Shown: positions 38,680 through 48,926 of the stretch, one piece after another
Layout of the letters: the number at the start of each line of letters is the position of its first letter
Numbering within the stretch: the stretch's first letter is position 1
Source: Deltaproteobacteria bacterium
Lineage (GTDB): Bacteria > SAR324 > NAC60-12
Direction: 5' to 3'
DNA length: 64,000 bases
Assembly: GCA_038150265.1 (NCBI GenBank)
Contig: JAYOTF010000005.1
Coordinates: 32,001 to 96,000, forward strand
Made by a program: the position numbers and the translations under genes
The notes under the pieces: generated by a model
What the model was told of the DNA's origin: nothing
What the model saw: the letters and a program-made list of their open reading frames with translations, nothing else
The model's database searches: none

Positions 38680-39672
38680 ATGATCAAGCTCAACAAATGG
38701 CTTCGCGCTTTCCTGTTCGCCTCGGCTTCTTTGATTTGGGCCGGCACCGGAATGGCACAAGACTGCCCTCGGGGCGATCTTGACAGTCGTTTTTGTGACC
38801 GGAACGGCGACTTGGTGGCTGATGCTCCGGCAGATTCAGGAGACTGGGTCAATCCGAACACCCTGATCTTTGCGTACACTCCGGTGGAGGACCCTGCGGT
38901 CTACAAAACGGCTTGGTCGGACTTTCTCACCCACATGGAGGAGGTGACGGGCAAGAAGGTCATCTTCTTCCCGGTTCAATCGAATGCCGCTCAGATCGAG
39001 GCGATGCGTTCCGGACGGTTGCACATTGCGGGCTTCAACACGGGCTCCAACCCCTTGGCGGTCAACTGCGCGGGCTTTGTCCCGTTCACGATCATGGCCA
39101 GCCTGGACGGGCACTTTGGTTACGAGATGGAGATCATCACGTATCCCGGAAGCGGAATCAAGGAGGTGGCCGACCTCAAGGGCCGTCAATTGGCGTTCAC
39201 CTCACCGACTTCGAACTCGGGCTTCAAGGCCCCGTCTGCGATCCTCAAGGCCGAGTTTGACCTGCTTCCGGACCGCGACTTTGACACGGCCTTCTCGGGA
39301 AAGCATGATAACTCAATCCTCGGGGTTGCCAACAAGGACTATGACGCCGCGTCGATTGCCAACTCCGTCAAGTCTCGCATGATCCTCCGGGAGGTCATTC
39401 AGGAAGATGACGTCATCACGATCTACAAGTCCCAGACGTTCCCGACGACCGGGTTTGGTCACGTTTACAACCTGGATCCGACGCTGGCCGCCAAGGTGCG
39501 CGATGCCTTCTTCAGCTTTGAGTGGGACCGTCCGGATGGCACCCCAACCACACTGAAGGAAGAGTTTTCCAAGTCCAACGAGGGGCAATTCATTCCGATT
39601 ACCTACCAGGAGCACTGGGCGGTCATCCGGACCATTGACAAAGCCAATGGGGTCTCCTACGCCTGCAAGTAA
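38680..39672 (+). CDS. phnD: Phosphate/phosphite/phosphonate ABC substrate-binding protein
   Basis: YTPVEDP, AQIEAMRSGRLH, TSPTSNSG, SGKHDNS; AGGAG RBS. Confidence 0.88.
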   Translation: MIKLNKWLRAFLFASASLIWAGTGMAQDCPRGDLDSRFCDRNGDLVADAPADSGDWVNPNTLIFAYTPVEDPAVYKTAWSDFLTHMEEVTGKKVIFFPVQSNAAQIEAMRSGRLHIAGFNTGSNPLAVNCAGFVPFTIMASLDGHFGYEMEIITYPGSGIKEVADLKGRQLAFTSPTSNSGFKAPSAILKAEFDLLPDRDFDTAFSGKHDNSILGVANKDYDAASIANSVKSRMILREVIQEDDVITIYKSQTFPTTGFGHVYNLDPTLAAKVRDAFFSFEWDRPDGTPTTLKEEFSKSNEGQFIPITYQEHWAVIRTIDKANGVSYACK

Positions 39673-39684
39673 CCTCTAAAACGA

Positions 39685-39702
39685 GTCCGCCTTCGGGCGG
39701 AC
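39685..39702 (+). other. Intercistronic UUCG hairpin after phnD
   Basis: GTCCGCC-TTCG-GGCGGAC without a U-tract; probably stabilises the mRNA. Confidence 0.55.
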
Positions 39703-39717
39703 GGCCTCCAATGCTTC

Positions 39718-40527
39718 ATGCTTGAACTGAAACAACTGGTCAAACGGTACCGAACCGGAGACCAGGCCCTCAAAGGGGTCGACCTGGTGGTGCCGGCGGG
39801 CCAGGTTCTGGCCCTCATTGGCCCCTCGGGTGCCGGAAAGTCCACCCTGATCCGCTGCATCAATCGACTGGTGGAACCCACTTCTGGCGCCGTGCTGCTC
39901 CATGGAGAGAACCTCACCCGGTTGCGTGGCAACAGCCTCCGGAAGGCCCGGCGACGCATCGGGATGATCTTCCAGGAGTATGCGCTGGTGGAGCGCCTCA
40001 GTGTGATGGAAAACGTGCTCTCCGGGCGACTGGGGTACGTTGGGTTCTGGAACAGCTACTTCCGTCGCTTTCCTCAAACGGATGTGGACACCGCGTTTTC
40101 GCTGCTGGAACGCGTGGGGCTGGACCACATGGCAGACAAACGGGCCGACGAACTCTCCGGCGGGCAACGGCAACGGGTGGGCATCGCCCGAGCGCTGATC
40201 CAGAATCCGGAGCTGCTCCTGGTGGATGAGCCGACGGCGAGCCTGGACCCCAAGACGTCTCGGCAGATCATGCGCCTGATCACGGAGCTGTGTACCGAGC
40301 GGAAGCTGGCGGCGATCATCAACATCCATGACGTGGCGCTGGCACAGATGTTTTCGGAACGCATCGTCGGGCTTCAGGCCGGAGCCGTGGTGTACGATGG
40401 CTCGCCCGATGGACTGGTTCCGGAGGTGCTGACCCAGATCTATGGAGAAGAGGACTGGACCGCCGTCCGGAAGAAGAAGGCCGCAGCGGCTGCCGCGGAT
40501 CCCAATGAGCTGGAGGATCAACTGTGA
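39718..40527 (+). CDS. phnC: Phosphonate-type ABC ATPase
   Basis: [46 protein letters not shown]. Confidence 0.92.
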   Translation: MLELKQLVKRYRTGDQALKGVDLVVPAGQVLALIGPSGAGKSTLIRCINRLVEPTSGAVLLHGENLTRLRGNSLRKARRRIGMIFQEYALVERLSVMENVLSGRLGYVGFWNSYFRRFPQTDVDTAFSLLERVGLDHMADKRADELSGGQRQRVGIARALIQNPELLLVDEPTASLDPKTSRQIMRLITELCTERKLAAIINIHDVALAQMFSERIVGLQAGAVVYDGSPDGLVPEVLTQIYGEEDWTAVRKKKAAAAAADPNELEDQL

Positions 40528-41318
40528 CCGCCTCACGTACGTGGAAGCGCAAGCCCCTGATTGAGAATCCGACGCTGCGGTGGAGCCTGCTGCTGGGCAC
40601 AGCGCTTTACCTGGTCCTGGCCGTGGGCTCGGTGGAGGTCAACTGGACCCGTGTTTACGAAGGCCTGGACCGTGGGGCGAAGTTTCTGACCGCATTTGCC
40701 CAGCCCAACTTCTCGGGACGCTGGCAGGACATTTCGGAGGGGCTGCTGGAGAGTCTGGTCATGACGGTGGTCTCCACCGGAATTGGCATTGTGATCTCGC
40801 TGCCCATTGCCTTGGGAGCATCCCGGAACCTGGCGCCGTTGCCCATTTACCTGCTGTGCCGGTCGATCATCACGCTGTCCCGGACCTTTCAGGAGGTGAT
40901 CATTGCGATCCTCTTTGTGGCCATCTTCGGGTTTGGGCCCTTTGCGGGGGTGCTGACGATTTCGTTTGCGACCATTGGCTTCCTGGCCAAGTTGCTGGCG
41001 GAGGCAATTGAGAACATTGAGGCGAGTCAGGCCGAGGCCATCCGTTCAACGGGGGCCCGCTGGTGGCAGTGGCTGAATTATGGCATCCAGCCACAGGTGA
41101 TGCCGCGCTTCATTGGCCTGTCTCTCTACCGTCTGGACATCAACTTCCGCGAGTCGGCCGTGGTCGGGCTCGTGGGGGCCGGAGGCATTGGAGCCACGCT
41201 CAACACCGCCTTTGACCGCTACGAGTTTGACACCGCAGCGGCGATTCTGATTCTGATCATTGGCATTGTGATGTTCGCCGAGTACTCGTCCAGTGCCATT
41301 CGCAAGCGGGTGCAGTGA
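40524..41318 (+). CDS. phnE: Phosphonate-type ABC permease 1
   Basis: [36 protein letters not shown]. Confidence 0.9.
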   Translation: MTASRTWKRKPLIENPTLRWSLLLGTALYLVLAVGSVEVNWTRVYEGLDRGAKFLTAFAQPNFSGRWQDISEGLLESLVMTVVSTGIGIVISLPIALGASRNLAPLPIYLLCRSIITLSRTFQEVIIAILFVAIFGFGPFAGVLTISFATIGFLAKLLAEAIENIEASQAEAIRSTGARWWQWLNYGIQPQVMPRFIGLSLYRLDINFRESAVVGLVGAGGIGATLNTAFDRYEFDTAAAILILIIGIVMFAEYSSSAIRKRVQ

Positions 41319-42133
41319 TGCCAGTTGAACTCAAGGGAACTACCCAGGTCTGGAAGTACCGGAACCGCAAGGAGCAGCTCACCAGCTGGGCGCTCTGGTT
41401 CTTCGGCACGCTGCTGTTTCTCTGGTGCTGGCAGCTCGTCTCTGAAAAAACGGAGTGGTTCTTTGTCCTGGATGCTCCGAACATTGCGGCAGACATTGGG
41501 TCGCGGATGCTGCCTCCGCGCTGGAGCTACCTGGATCAGCTCTGGGAGCCGCTTTGGGACACCCTGAACATCGCCACGCTGGGAACGCTGCTGTCGCTCG
41601 TCCTGGCGGTTCCGGTGGCGTTTCTGGCCGCTCGGAACACGTCTCCGAGTCCCACGCTGCTGCGTCCGGTGGCCTTGCTGATCATTGTCTCCTCGCGTTC
41701 CATCAACTCCCTGATCTGGTCGCTGCTGCTGGTCTCCATTCTGGGGCCGGGTGTGCTGGCAGGGATCATTGCGATTGCCCTGCGCTCCATTGGCTTTGTC
41801 GCCAAGCTGCTGTACGAGGCGATTGAGGAGATTGATGAGTCGCAGGTGGAAGCGATCACCTCAACCGGAGCCGGCCGTTCGCAGGTCATTGCCTTCGGAA
41901 TTGTGCCCCAGATCCTTCCGACCTTCGTGGGCGTGTCGGTGTTCCGCTGGGACATCAACATTCGTGAGTCCACGGTGCTGGGGCTGGTTGGAGCCGGAGG
42001 CATCGGCTTGCAGCTTCAGGCGTCCCTGAACGTGCTGGCGTGGCCTCAGGTGACCCTGATCCTCTTGAGCATTCTCCTGACTGTGGTGCTCAGCGAATGG
42101 CTTTCGGCAAAAGCCCGCCACGCGATCATCTGA
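41315..42133 (+). CDS. phnE: Phosphonate-type ABC permease 2
   Basis: [33 protein letters not shown]. Confidence 0.9.
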   Translation: MMPVELKGTTQVWKYRNRKEQLTSWALWFFGTLLFLWCWQLVSEKTEWFFVLDAPNIAADIGSRMLPPRWSYLDQLWEPLWDTLNIATLGTLLSLVLAVPVAFLAARNTSPSPTLLRPVALLIIVSSRSINSLIWSLLLVSILGPGVLAGIIAIALRSIGFVAKLLYEAIEEIDESQVEAITSTGAGRSQVIAFGIVPQILPTFVGVSVFRWDINIRESTVLGLVGAGGIGLQLQASLNVLAWPQVTLILLSILLTVVLSEWLSAKARHAII

Positions 42134-42136
42134 CCC

Positions 42137-42790
42137 ATGCAGGCCTTCTCCCTCTTCCGGAAGCAGCGACACGTTGAGGACCTGCTGCAGCACCTGCTCC
42201 GCAGCCTCGAAGACCTCGCCCTGAACTTTCGGGAGGCGATGGCGGACTACCTCAACGTCCAGCTGGACTCGTGTCAGCAGCGCGCCCAAGAGGTGGATCG
42301 GCTGGAGTCGGAGCTGGATGAACTGCACCGCAAGATTCAGCTGCTGCTGCTCCGGGAGGCGCTGATGCCCGACTCCCGGGACGACGTGTTGCGGCTGCTG
42401 ACGAAGCTGGATCGCATTCCCGGGCAGTGTCGGCATTCCCTGAAGGAGGTCCTGCTGGAACGCCCCCCCCTGCCTCCGGACTTTCAAGTGCCGTTGCTCC
42501 GGCTACTTGACAAGACGCACGCCAGCATCCGGGCCCTCAGCGCAACCATTGATGCCCTTTTTTCGGACTTGCGGTCGGTCCGCCGGAATGCCGAGGAGGT
42601 GGCCCGTCAGGAAAGTGAAGTGGACCGGGTGGAGCAGGAGCTGCTGCAGCGCGTCTTTCAGGATGAGACCCTGGAGCTGGCCCGGCAGTTTCAGTACAAG
42701 TCCTTCTTGCAGCGGCTGGGGGGCATTTCGGATCTGGCGGAAGACGTTGCCGATGAGGCGCTGCTGGTTGCCACCAAGCGACTCGCCTGA
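42137..42790 (+). CDS. DUF47 PhoU-like phosphate transport regulator
   Basis: Duplicated helical repeats LESELDEL/QESEVDRV, LMPDSRDD, ISDLAEDVAD. Confidence 0.82.
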   Translation: MQAFSLFRKQRHVEDLLQHLLRSLEDLALNFREAMADYLNVQLDSCQQRAQEVDRLESELDELHRKIQLLLLREALMPDSRDDVLRLLTKLDRIPGQCRHSLKEVLLERPPLPPDFQVPLLRLLDKTHASIRALSATIDALFSDLRSVRRNAEEVARQESEVDRVEQELLQRVFQDETLELARQFQYKSFLQRLGGISDLAEDVADEALLVATKRLA

Positions 42791-42792
42791 GG

Positions 42793-43845
42793 CTAGGGCG
42801 CGACGACCGGAATCGCAAAGACGTTTTGCAGGAAGTGCAGCCCCAGAAAGCACAGGAGCCCGGCCGCCACAGGAGTCAGGAACCAGCCCATCACCACACG
42901 CCCCACCGTTCCCCAGTTCACCTCTCGTCCTCCTCGCAGCAGCCCCACCCCCAAAATGGCTCCCAGAATGGCCTGAGAGCTGGAAACGGGGACCAGCGGA
43001 AGCGAAGGCAGCCCGTGTGCGACCAGCCACTGCTTGAGGCTGGTGGAAGCAAACAGCAGCAGGACCAGCGAGTGGGCACTCACGCAGACCCACGCGGCCA
43101 GAGGCGAGAGGGGCGCCACGCCGCTGCCAATGAGTTTCATCGTCTGCTTGGAGTAGGTGAGGACCCCGGAAGCAATCGCGCCTCCTCCGACGAGGAGCAA
43201 GAGGTCCAGGGCGGTCATGGTCGTGTTCCCCCAGGTGACTTCGGAAAAGGGCTGGGTGGGCAGAAAGACACCGACGACGTTGGCGATGTTGTTGGCCCCC
43301 AGGCTGTAGGCGCCAACGGCTCCGGAGAGGAGCAGCGCGACGCGGGTGTAGGCGTCGAGCCGGATGAGTCCAATGGGGTAGTGCCGGACCCAGAGCCGGG
43401 CAAGGAGCATCATTCCGGCGGCAAAGCCGGCAGCAAGGAGCGGGCTGATGCCCCATGTGGCCACAATCTTGAGGAGGACTCCGGAATCGGTCTCGATCCC
43501 GGCAAAGACATTCCACCCCACAATGGCGCCAATCAGCGCCTGCGTGGTGGAAACCTGAATGCCGGTCCGGATCATGGAAAACACCGTCAGGGCCGACGCA
43601 AGCGCAACCATGAAGGCGCCTCCAAGCGCATCGACGCTTCCCAGGGCGCCGAGGTTCCGGACCACGCCTTCTCCACTGAAGACCGCGCCCAGGACGACAA
43701 ACACGCTACAGATCACAGCGGCCGTGCCAAAGCGGATCATGCGACTGCCAACGGCCGTGCCAAAGACGTTGGCTGCGTCGTTTGCCCCCAGGGACCACCC
43801 GAGGAAGAGCCCGCTGCTCAGCAGAATGAGGGATTCCAGCGCCAT
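42793..43845 (-). CDS. PiT-family inorganic phosphate transporter
   Basis: GWSLGANDAANVFGTAVGS and GANNIANV signatures, PVSSSQA. Confidence 0.92.
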   Translation of the reverse strand: MALESLILLSSGLFLGWSLGANDAANVFGTAVGSRMIRFGTAAVICSVFVVLGAVFSGEGVVRNLGALGSVDALGGAFMVALASALTVFSMIRTGIQVSTTQALIGAIVGWNVFAGIETDSGVLLKIVATWGISPLLAAGFAAGMMLLARLWVRHYPIGLIRLDAYTRVALLLSGAVGAYSLGANNIANVVGVFLPTQPFSEVTWGNTTMTALDLLLLVGGGAIASGVLTYSKQTMKLIGSGVAPLSPLAAWVCVSAHSLVLLLFASTSLKQWLVAHGLPSLPLVPVSSSQAILGAILGVGLLRGGREVNWGTVGRVVMGWFLTPVAAGLLCFLGLHFLQNVFAIPVVAP

Positions 43846-43851
43846 GGGGCC

Positions 43852-44910
43852 TCAGTCGCGGACCAGGCTGACCCCGCGACGCTTGAGCTGAAGGTGCACC
43901 TCCGTTCCGGCTTCATGCACCGCCTCCATGAGTGGATCCATCACAAAAAGCTCGCCCAACGGGGTCTCAACGGTGTAGTCCATGTGCCCACCCAGGTAGG
44001 TGGCCTTGCGCACGGTTCCGGGAATGCCCGGCTCGGTGGGAGGCTGCAGCCGGATTGCTTCTGGGCGGATGGCCACCGTCACGGAGCCCGACAAGAGGCC
44101 CTGATGCGGAAGCACCAGGGAGAGGTCGGCGAGCTGAACGGTTCCGGTGTCTCCCACGGCCACTTCGAGCTGCCCGGTCACCAGGTTGGAGTCTCCAATG
44201 AAGTCGGCCACAAAGCGGCTTTGCGGGGTCTCGTAAAGCTGATGCGGTGTGCCTTCCTGCGCAATGACGGCTTCCTTCATGACAATGATCCGGTCTGAGA
44301 CGGCGAGGGCCTCTTCCTGGTCGTGAGTGACGTACACAACCGTGAGGTTGAGTTCCTGCTGCAGGTCCCGGATCTCTTCACGGACGTGGCGCCGGAGCTT
44401 GGCATCGAGGTTGGAGAGGGGCTCATCAAAGAGCAAAACCTCGGGCTCCAGTACCAGCGCCCGGGCCACAGCGACGCGTTGCTGCTGCCCTCCGGAGAGT
44501 TCGCTGGGAAGTCGCTGCTCGTATCCGGAAAGTCCAACCAGCTTGAGCCCCGCCTGCGCGCGCTCCTCCACCTCTGGTTTCGGCAGCTTGGACATGGTGA
44601 GGCCGTACCCCACATTCTGCATCACCGACATGTGGGGGAAGAGGGCGTAGGACTGGAACACCATGCTGACGTCCCGGTCGGTCGCAGGAAGCCGAGTCAC
44701 GTCTCGTCCGCCAATGAGGATCTTTCCGGAGGTGGCCATTTCGAGCCCGGCGATCATCCGGAGCGTGGTCGTTTTGCCACATCCGGATGGCCCAAGCAGG
44801 GTCACGAGTTCGCCACTCTGGATCTGAAAGCTCACGTCTCGGACCGCCTTCACGGTTCCGAAGGCCTTGGTCACGTTTTGAAACTCAACGGCAGTGCCCG
44901 ATGAGGTCAT
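43852..44910 (-). CDS. afuC: ABC ATPase, AfuC/FbpC-like
   Basis: GPSGCGKT, FQSYALFPH, LSGGQQQRV, DEPLSNLD, C-terminal TOBE domain. Confidence 0.8.
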   Translation of the reverse strand: MTSSGTAVEFQNVTKAFGTVKAVRDVSFQIQSGELVTLLGPSGCGKTTTLRMIAGLEMATSGKILIGGRDVTRLPATDRDVSMVFQSYALFPHMSVMQNVGYGLTMSKLPKPEVEERAQAGLKLVGLSGYEQRLPSELSGGQQQRVAVARALVLEPEVLLFDEPLSNLDAKLRRHVREEIRDLQQELNLTVVYVTHDQEEALAVSDRIIVMKEAVIAQEGTPHQLYETPQSRFVADFIGDSNLVTGQLEVAVGDTGTVQLADLSLVLPHQGLLSGSVTVAIRPEAIRLQPPTEPGIPGTVRKATYLGGHMDYTVETPLGELFVMDPLMEAVHEAGTEVHLQLKRRGVSLVRD

Positions 44911-47171
44911 CCTGCTCCTCCTAAATTGACGGTTTCTGAGTGGCGTCGCCCCAATTGACGCTTGCCGACAGCGGCCTGAATCAGTCCAATCACGAGGAGC
45001 ATGACCACGATCAGGACAGACGAGTAGGCGATGGCGAGTCCGTAGTCGGCATTTTCCACACGACCCAGGATGTATGAGGTGGCCATGTCGTAGTCAGCGC
45101 TGACAAGAAAGATGACGGCACTGATGGCGGTCATGGCGCGGACAAAGCTGAAGACGAGCGCGGCAATCAAGGCTGGGCGCAGCAGCGGCAGCAGAATCTT
45201 GCGCAAGGTGGTTCCGGAAGGAGCCCCCAGGGTGAGCGAGGCTTCATCCAGGCTGGGGTCCAGCTGGGCCATGGACGCCACACCGGCCCGGATGCCTGTG
45301 GGCATGTTCCGAAAGATGAAGCACACCACGAGGATGACTCCGGTTCCAGTGATTTCGACCGGAGGCACATTGAAGGCGAGGATGTAACCGATGCCGATGA
45401 TGGTGCCGGGAATGGCAAAGCTGAGCATGGTCACAAACTCAAAGACGTCTTTGCCGGCAAAGCGCTGGCGGGTCAGCAGCCATGCCGTCAGCAGCCCCAG
45501 CCCAGCAGTGAGGGGCGCCGAGATTCCGGAGATCTGGAGGGTGGTCCAGAACGAGTTCCAGGCCGCCCCCTGCCACATGAGCCCGAATTCGTCAGACCAC
45601 CCCAGCGCAAAGGCATCCGCGTAGTGCTTGAGGGTGAAGTTGTGCTTGTAGCCCCACGATTCGACAAAGCCTCCAAAGAGGATCATTCCATACAGCGTGA
45701 CACTCAGCACAACAAACGGAGCGGCGATGGAGCCAATGCCCCAGAGCACCCGCCGTGGCAACTGGACCGGAACCCCCGCGTCTCCCTTGCCGGTGACGCT
45801 GACGTAAGACTTCTGACCCAGCCAGCGGCGCTGAATCCAGAAGGTCGTCAGGGTGAAGCCAAGGAGCACCAGCGCCAGCACGGCTGCCATGCCCTGATCG
45901 CTTTGAGCACCGGCAATGGCAAAAAAGATCTGGGTGGAAAGCACCTCGTAACTGCCTCCGAGCACCAGTGGGTTTCCAAAGTCGGCCAGGCTTTCAATGA
46001 ACCCCAGCAAAAAGGCGTTGGCGATGCCGGGACGCATCAGGGGCAGGGACACGGTCCGGAAGGTCTCCCACTTGCTCGCCCGGAGCGTCTGGGCGGCTTC
46101 TTCCATTGAGGGGCTGACTCCTTCCACCACACCAATGAGCACCATGAAGGCGATGGGGGTGAAGGCCATGGTTTGGGCAAACCAGACGCCTGGGAGGCCG
46201 TACACCCAACGGCTGGGAGGAATGTCGAAGGCCCAATGCAGAAAGCTGTTGAAGGCTCCGGCTCGTCCGAAGAGGAGAATGATGGCCAGGCCAATCACGA
46301 ATGGTGGCGTGATGATGGGCAACAGGGTCACTGCCCGGATGGCCTTCTTGCCCTGAACCCCTGTCCGGGTGACCAGCAGCGCAAAGGCCAGGCCCAGCAC
46401 CGTTGTGGTGGCTCCCACCAGGACCGCCAGCCAGAGCGAGTTCCAGGCGACGCCGCAGCTCAGCTCCGAGTACAGGCACCGCAGCTGCCAGATGCGTGGT
46501 GACGTGAGCTTTTCGGCAAACAGTGCCAGAGAAAGCTGGTCGTCTTCATTGAGAAGCGCACTGAAGAGGATGCGGGAGACGGGGTAGAAGATGAACAGGG
46601 CCACCAGCACGAGGTTGAGCCCAATGGTTCCGGTGACAAAACCGTCTCCCTGAACACCGCCTCTGAGCGACCACCCCTGGGTAAACAGGAACAGGAAGCA
46701 CGCGGCAACCAGCAAGGCTCCGTAGCCCATGCCCTCTTGAGCCGGTCCGGGGCTGCCCAGCCAGGCCAGCAGCCACTCGCCGTTCCAGCCCCGTAACCCG
46801 ATGGCGAAGCCCTGCAGGAAGAGCCAGAAGAGCCCGGCGCCTCCACAGAAACGGAGCATCCGGGAAACCGAGGGATGCGTGCGCGGACGCCAGACCACGC
46901 TGAAGGGCAACGCGAGCAGCACCAGCAGCGGCACCAGCCACACCCGGTCAAACCAGAGGATCTGGAGCACTCCGGGAGCGTACTCGTCATCCCAGGGCCA
47001 GCCATCGCTGACCCAGATGAAGCTCCAGAAGCCGTCATACGCGTGGTACCAGGGCAGGATCAGGATTCCGAACCAGCCCAGGCCCAGCCAGAAGAGAAGG
47101 GTGTGGCGGAAAAGAGAGGCGCCTCCGGCTCCACGAATGCGGAGGGAGGCGCTTGCACTGGAAGAGGTCAC
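44907..47171 (-). CDS. afuB: ABC permease, AfuB-like (two permease domains)
   Basis: LPIITPPFV, FIESLADFGNP, FAIPGT, RNMPTGIRAG. Confidence 0.8.
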   Translation of the reverse strand: MTSSSASASLRIRGAGGASLFRHTLLFWLGLGWFGILILPWYHAYDGFWSFIWVSDGWPWDDEYAPGVLQILWFDRVWLVPLLVLLALPFSVVWRPRTHPSVSRMLRFCGGAGLFWLFLQGFAIGLRGWNGEWLLAWLGSPGPAQEGMGYGALLVAACFLFLFTQGWSLRGGVQGDGFVTGTIGLNLVLVALFIFYPVSRILFSALLNEDDQLSLALFAEKLTSPRIWQLRCLYSELSCGVAWNSLWLAVLVGATTTVLGLAFALLVTRTGVQGKKAIRAVTLLPIITPPFVIGLAIILLFGRAGAFNSFLHWAFDIPPSRWVYGLPGVWFAQTMAFTPIAFMVLIGVVEGVSPSMEEAAQTLRASKWETFRTVSLPLMRPGIANAFLLGFIESLADFGNPLVLGGSYEVLSTQIFFAIAGAQSDQGMAAVLALVLLGFTLTTFWIQRRWLGQKSYVSVTGKGDAGVPVQLPRRVLWGIGSIAAPFVVLSVTLYGMILFGGFVESWGYKHNFTLKHYADAFALGWSDEFGLMWQGAAWNSFWTTLQISGISAPLTAGLGLLTAWLLTRQRFAGKDVFEFVTMLSFAIPGTIIGIGYILAFNVPPVEITGTGVILVVCFIFRNMPTGIRAGVASMAQLDPSLDEASLTLGAPSGTTLRKILLPLLRPALIAALVFSFVRAMTAISAVIFLVSADYDMATSYILGRVENADYGLAIAYSSVLIVVMLLVIGLIQAAVGKRQLGRRHSETVNLGGAG

Positions 47172-48193
47172 CGGGGCAGTGTGGAGACCTCGTTATCCCA
47201 CTTGGCCAACAGGCGGGAGCGCTCATCTTTGGAACCGTACTTGGCGTGGTCATAGTCAATGACCTTCACCGAGTCCAAATCAGGTGCTTCGCTGGGGACG
47301 GTGGCGTTCTTGTTGGAGGGCACCTGGTAGGCTCCGACAGATGCTGCCAGGCTCTGGGCTTCAGCCGAGAGGGCAAAGTCGTAGAACTTCCTGGCGCTTT
47401 CCTGGTTCCGGGCCCCCTTGATGATGCTCATGGACCCAATCTCGTAGCCGGTTCCTTCACAAGGGGCAACCGTTGCGATCGGCATGCCCTTGACCGCTTG
47501 GGTAACGGCGTCATGCATGAAAACGATTCCCACCGTGGTCTCGCCCTTTGCTGCCGCCTTGATCGGTGCAGAGCCGGACTTGGTGTACTGGCTCACGTTT
47601 CGGTGAAGCTGCTTCATGAAGTTGAAGCCCTCTTCTTCCCCAAAGAGCTGGACCATGGTGGCCAGAGTCGTGTAGGAGGTTCCGGAGGTGTTAGGGTTCG
47701 CAATCTGAACTTCTCCCTTCAGCGCTGGGCTGAGGAGGTCCTTCCAGCACTTCGGAGCCGGGACGTTCTTTTGGGCCAGCAATTCCTTGTTGTAGCCAAA
47801 GCCAAGACCGCCCATGTAGATGCCGACGGTTTTGCCCCCGGTTGCCTGATGCGGGGTGACCGCCCAGCCATTGAGCTGCGACATCATCGGAGAGGTGTAG
47901 GCCTCAGTGAGCCCCTCTTCGGCAGCTTGCAGGTGTGGGTCACCGGTTCCTCCCCACCACACGTCTCCCTTCGGATTCGAGCGCTCGGCCTTGATCTTCG
48001 CCAATGTTTCTCCAGAACTCATCCGCGTCATTGACACCTTGATCCCGGTTTGCTGCTCAAAGGTGTTCACCATCAATTCACACCACTCAATCTGAGGGCT
48101 GCAGTAGAGGGTGAGGCGGTCAGCAGCCTGGGCCGATGCTCCCAGCAACAAGGCTCCCGCGAGGGCACCGAAACTCTTGGTCCATTGCTTCAT
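47168..48193 (-). CDS. afuA: Substrate-binding protein, AfuA-like (sugar-phosphate/Fe(III) family)
   Basis: LYCS..EWC, WWGGTGDPH, PKCWKDL, NPNTSGT, QYTKSG, FMHD, PCEGTGYEIG. Confidence 0.78.
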   Translation of the reverse strand: MKQWTKSFGALAGALLLGASAQAADRLTLYCSPQIEWCELMVNTFEQQTGIKVSMTRMSSGETLAKIKAERSNPKGDVWWGGTGDPHLQAAEEGLTEAYTSPMMSQLNGWAVTPHQATGGKTVGIYMGGLGFGYNKELLAQKNVPAPKCWKDLLSPALKGEVQIANPNTSGTSYTTLATMVQLFGEEEGFNFMKQLHRNVSQYTKSGSAPIKAAAKGETTVGIVFMHDAVTQAVKGMPIATVAPCEGTGYEIGSMSIIKGARNQESARKFYDFALSAEAQSLAASVGAYQVPSNKNATVPSEAPDLDSVKVIDYDHAKYGSKDERSRLLAKWDNEVSTLPR

Positions 48194-48367
48194 CACGTTT
48201 TTCTCCCTTTCTAAAAGTGAGGTTGGGGGGATCCCCGAAAAACCAGAAAGGAGAGAATTTGATTTCAATTGAGTCACATTTCAAGGCCTATTTTTGTTGC
48301 ACGTGCGAACAAAACGCCGGACCTTGAGGCAAAATGAGGGAAGAGGGCAGGGAAAAAAAGTGGGGAT

Positions 48368-48676
48368 TCAGTAGGCGAGAACCGACTCGCGCACCAGTCC
48401 GGTGCGCATCCGGAAGCGGCGTCCCTTGCGTCCTGGTGCTCCCTGGCCGTTGATGCGTTCCAGGATGCCTTTGGCTTCCAGGTCGCTGAGAACGCGGGAG
48501 ACGTGTTCTCGTGCGCAGCCCAGCATTTCAGCGGTCTGGGACACGTGCAGCTGCACCTCACCGTTGTCTTGCAGGGACTTCATGCAGAAGAGCAGCACCT
48601 GCAGCTTCTTGGTGGCCCCCAACTCTTCGGAGAGCGCCAGAAGTTCGGACAGGTTGATTTCAATGTACTGAGACAC
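48368..48676 (-). CDS. Small winged-HTH DNA-binding protein
   Basis: SQTAEMLGCAREHVSRVLSDLEAKGIL resembles a Crp-type HTH; basic C-terminal wing. Confidence 0.7.
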   Translation of the reverse strand: MSQYIEINLSELLALSEELGATKKLQVLLFCMKSLQDNGEVQLHVSQTAEMLGCAREHVSRVLSDLEAKGILERINGQGAPGRKGRRFRMRTGLVRESVLAY

Positions 48677-48926
48677 AGGCGGAGTTCGGACAGAAGTAAA
48701 ATCAAACAGGTCCTACCTTAAGCCGCCTCTGTTAGCTTATGATTAAGAGATCTGTGAAGTTGCATTTATTTTCGGAGCTCTGCTCTTCTTGCCTGGGGGC
48801 TCTGCCACGGCTCCCGTTTCACCCGGGTCCCATGGTGAAGCTCAGGCTGCTTTTGAACTTGGCCCTCCACGCCAGAGTTCTTATGCTGGCCCGGACTTTT
48901 TGATGAACCCTTGTTGGCAAAGAAAC

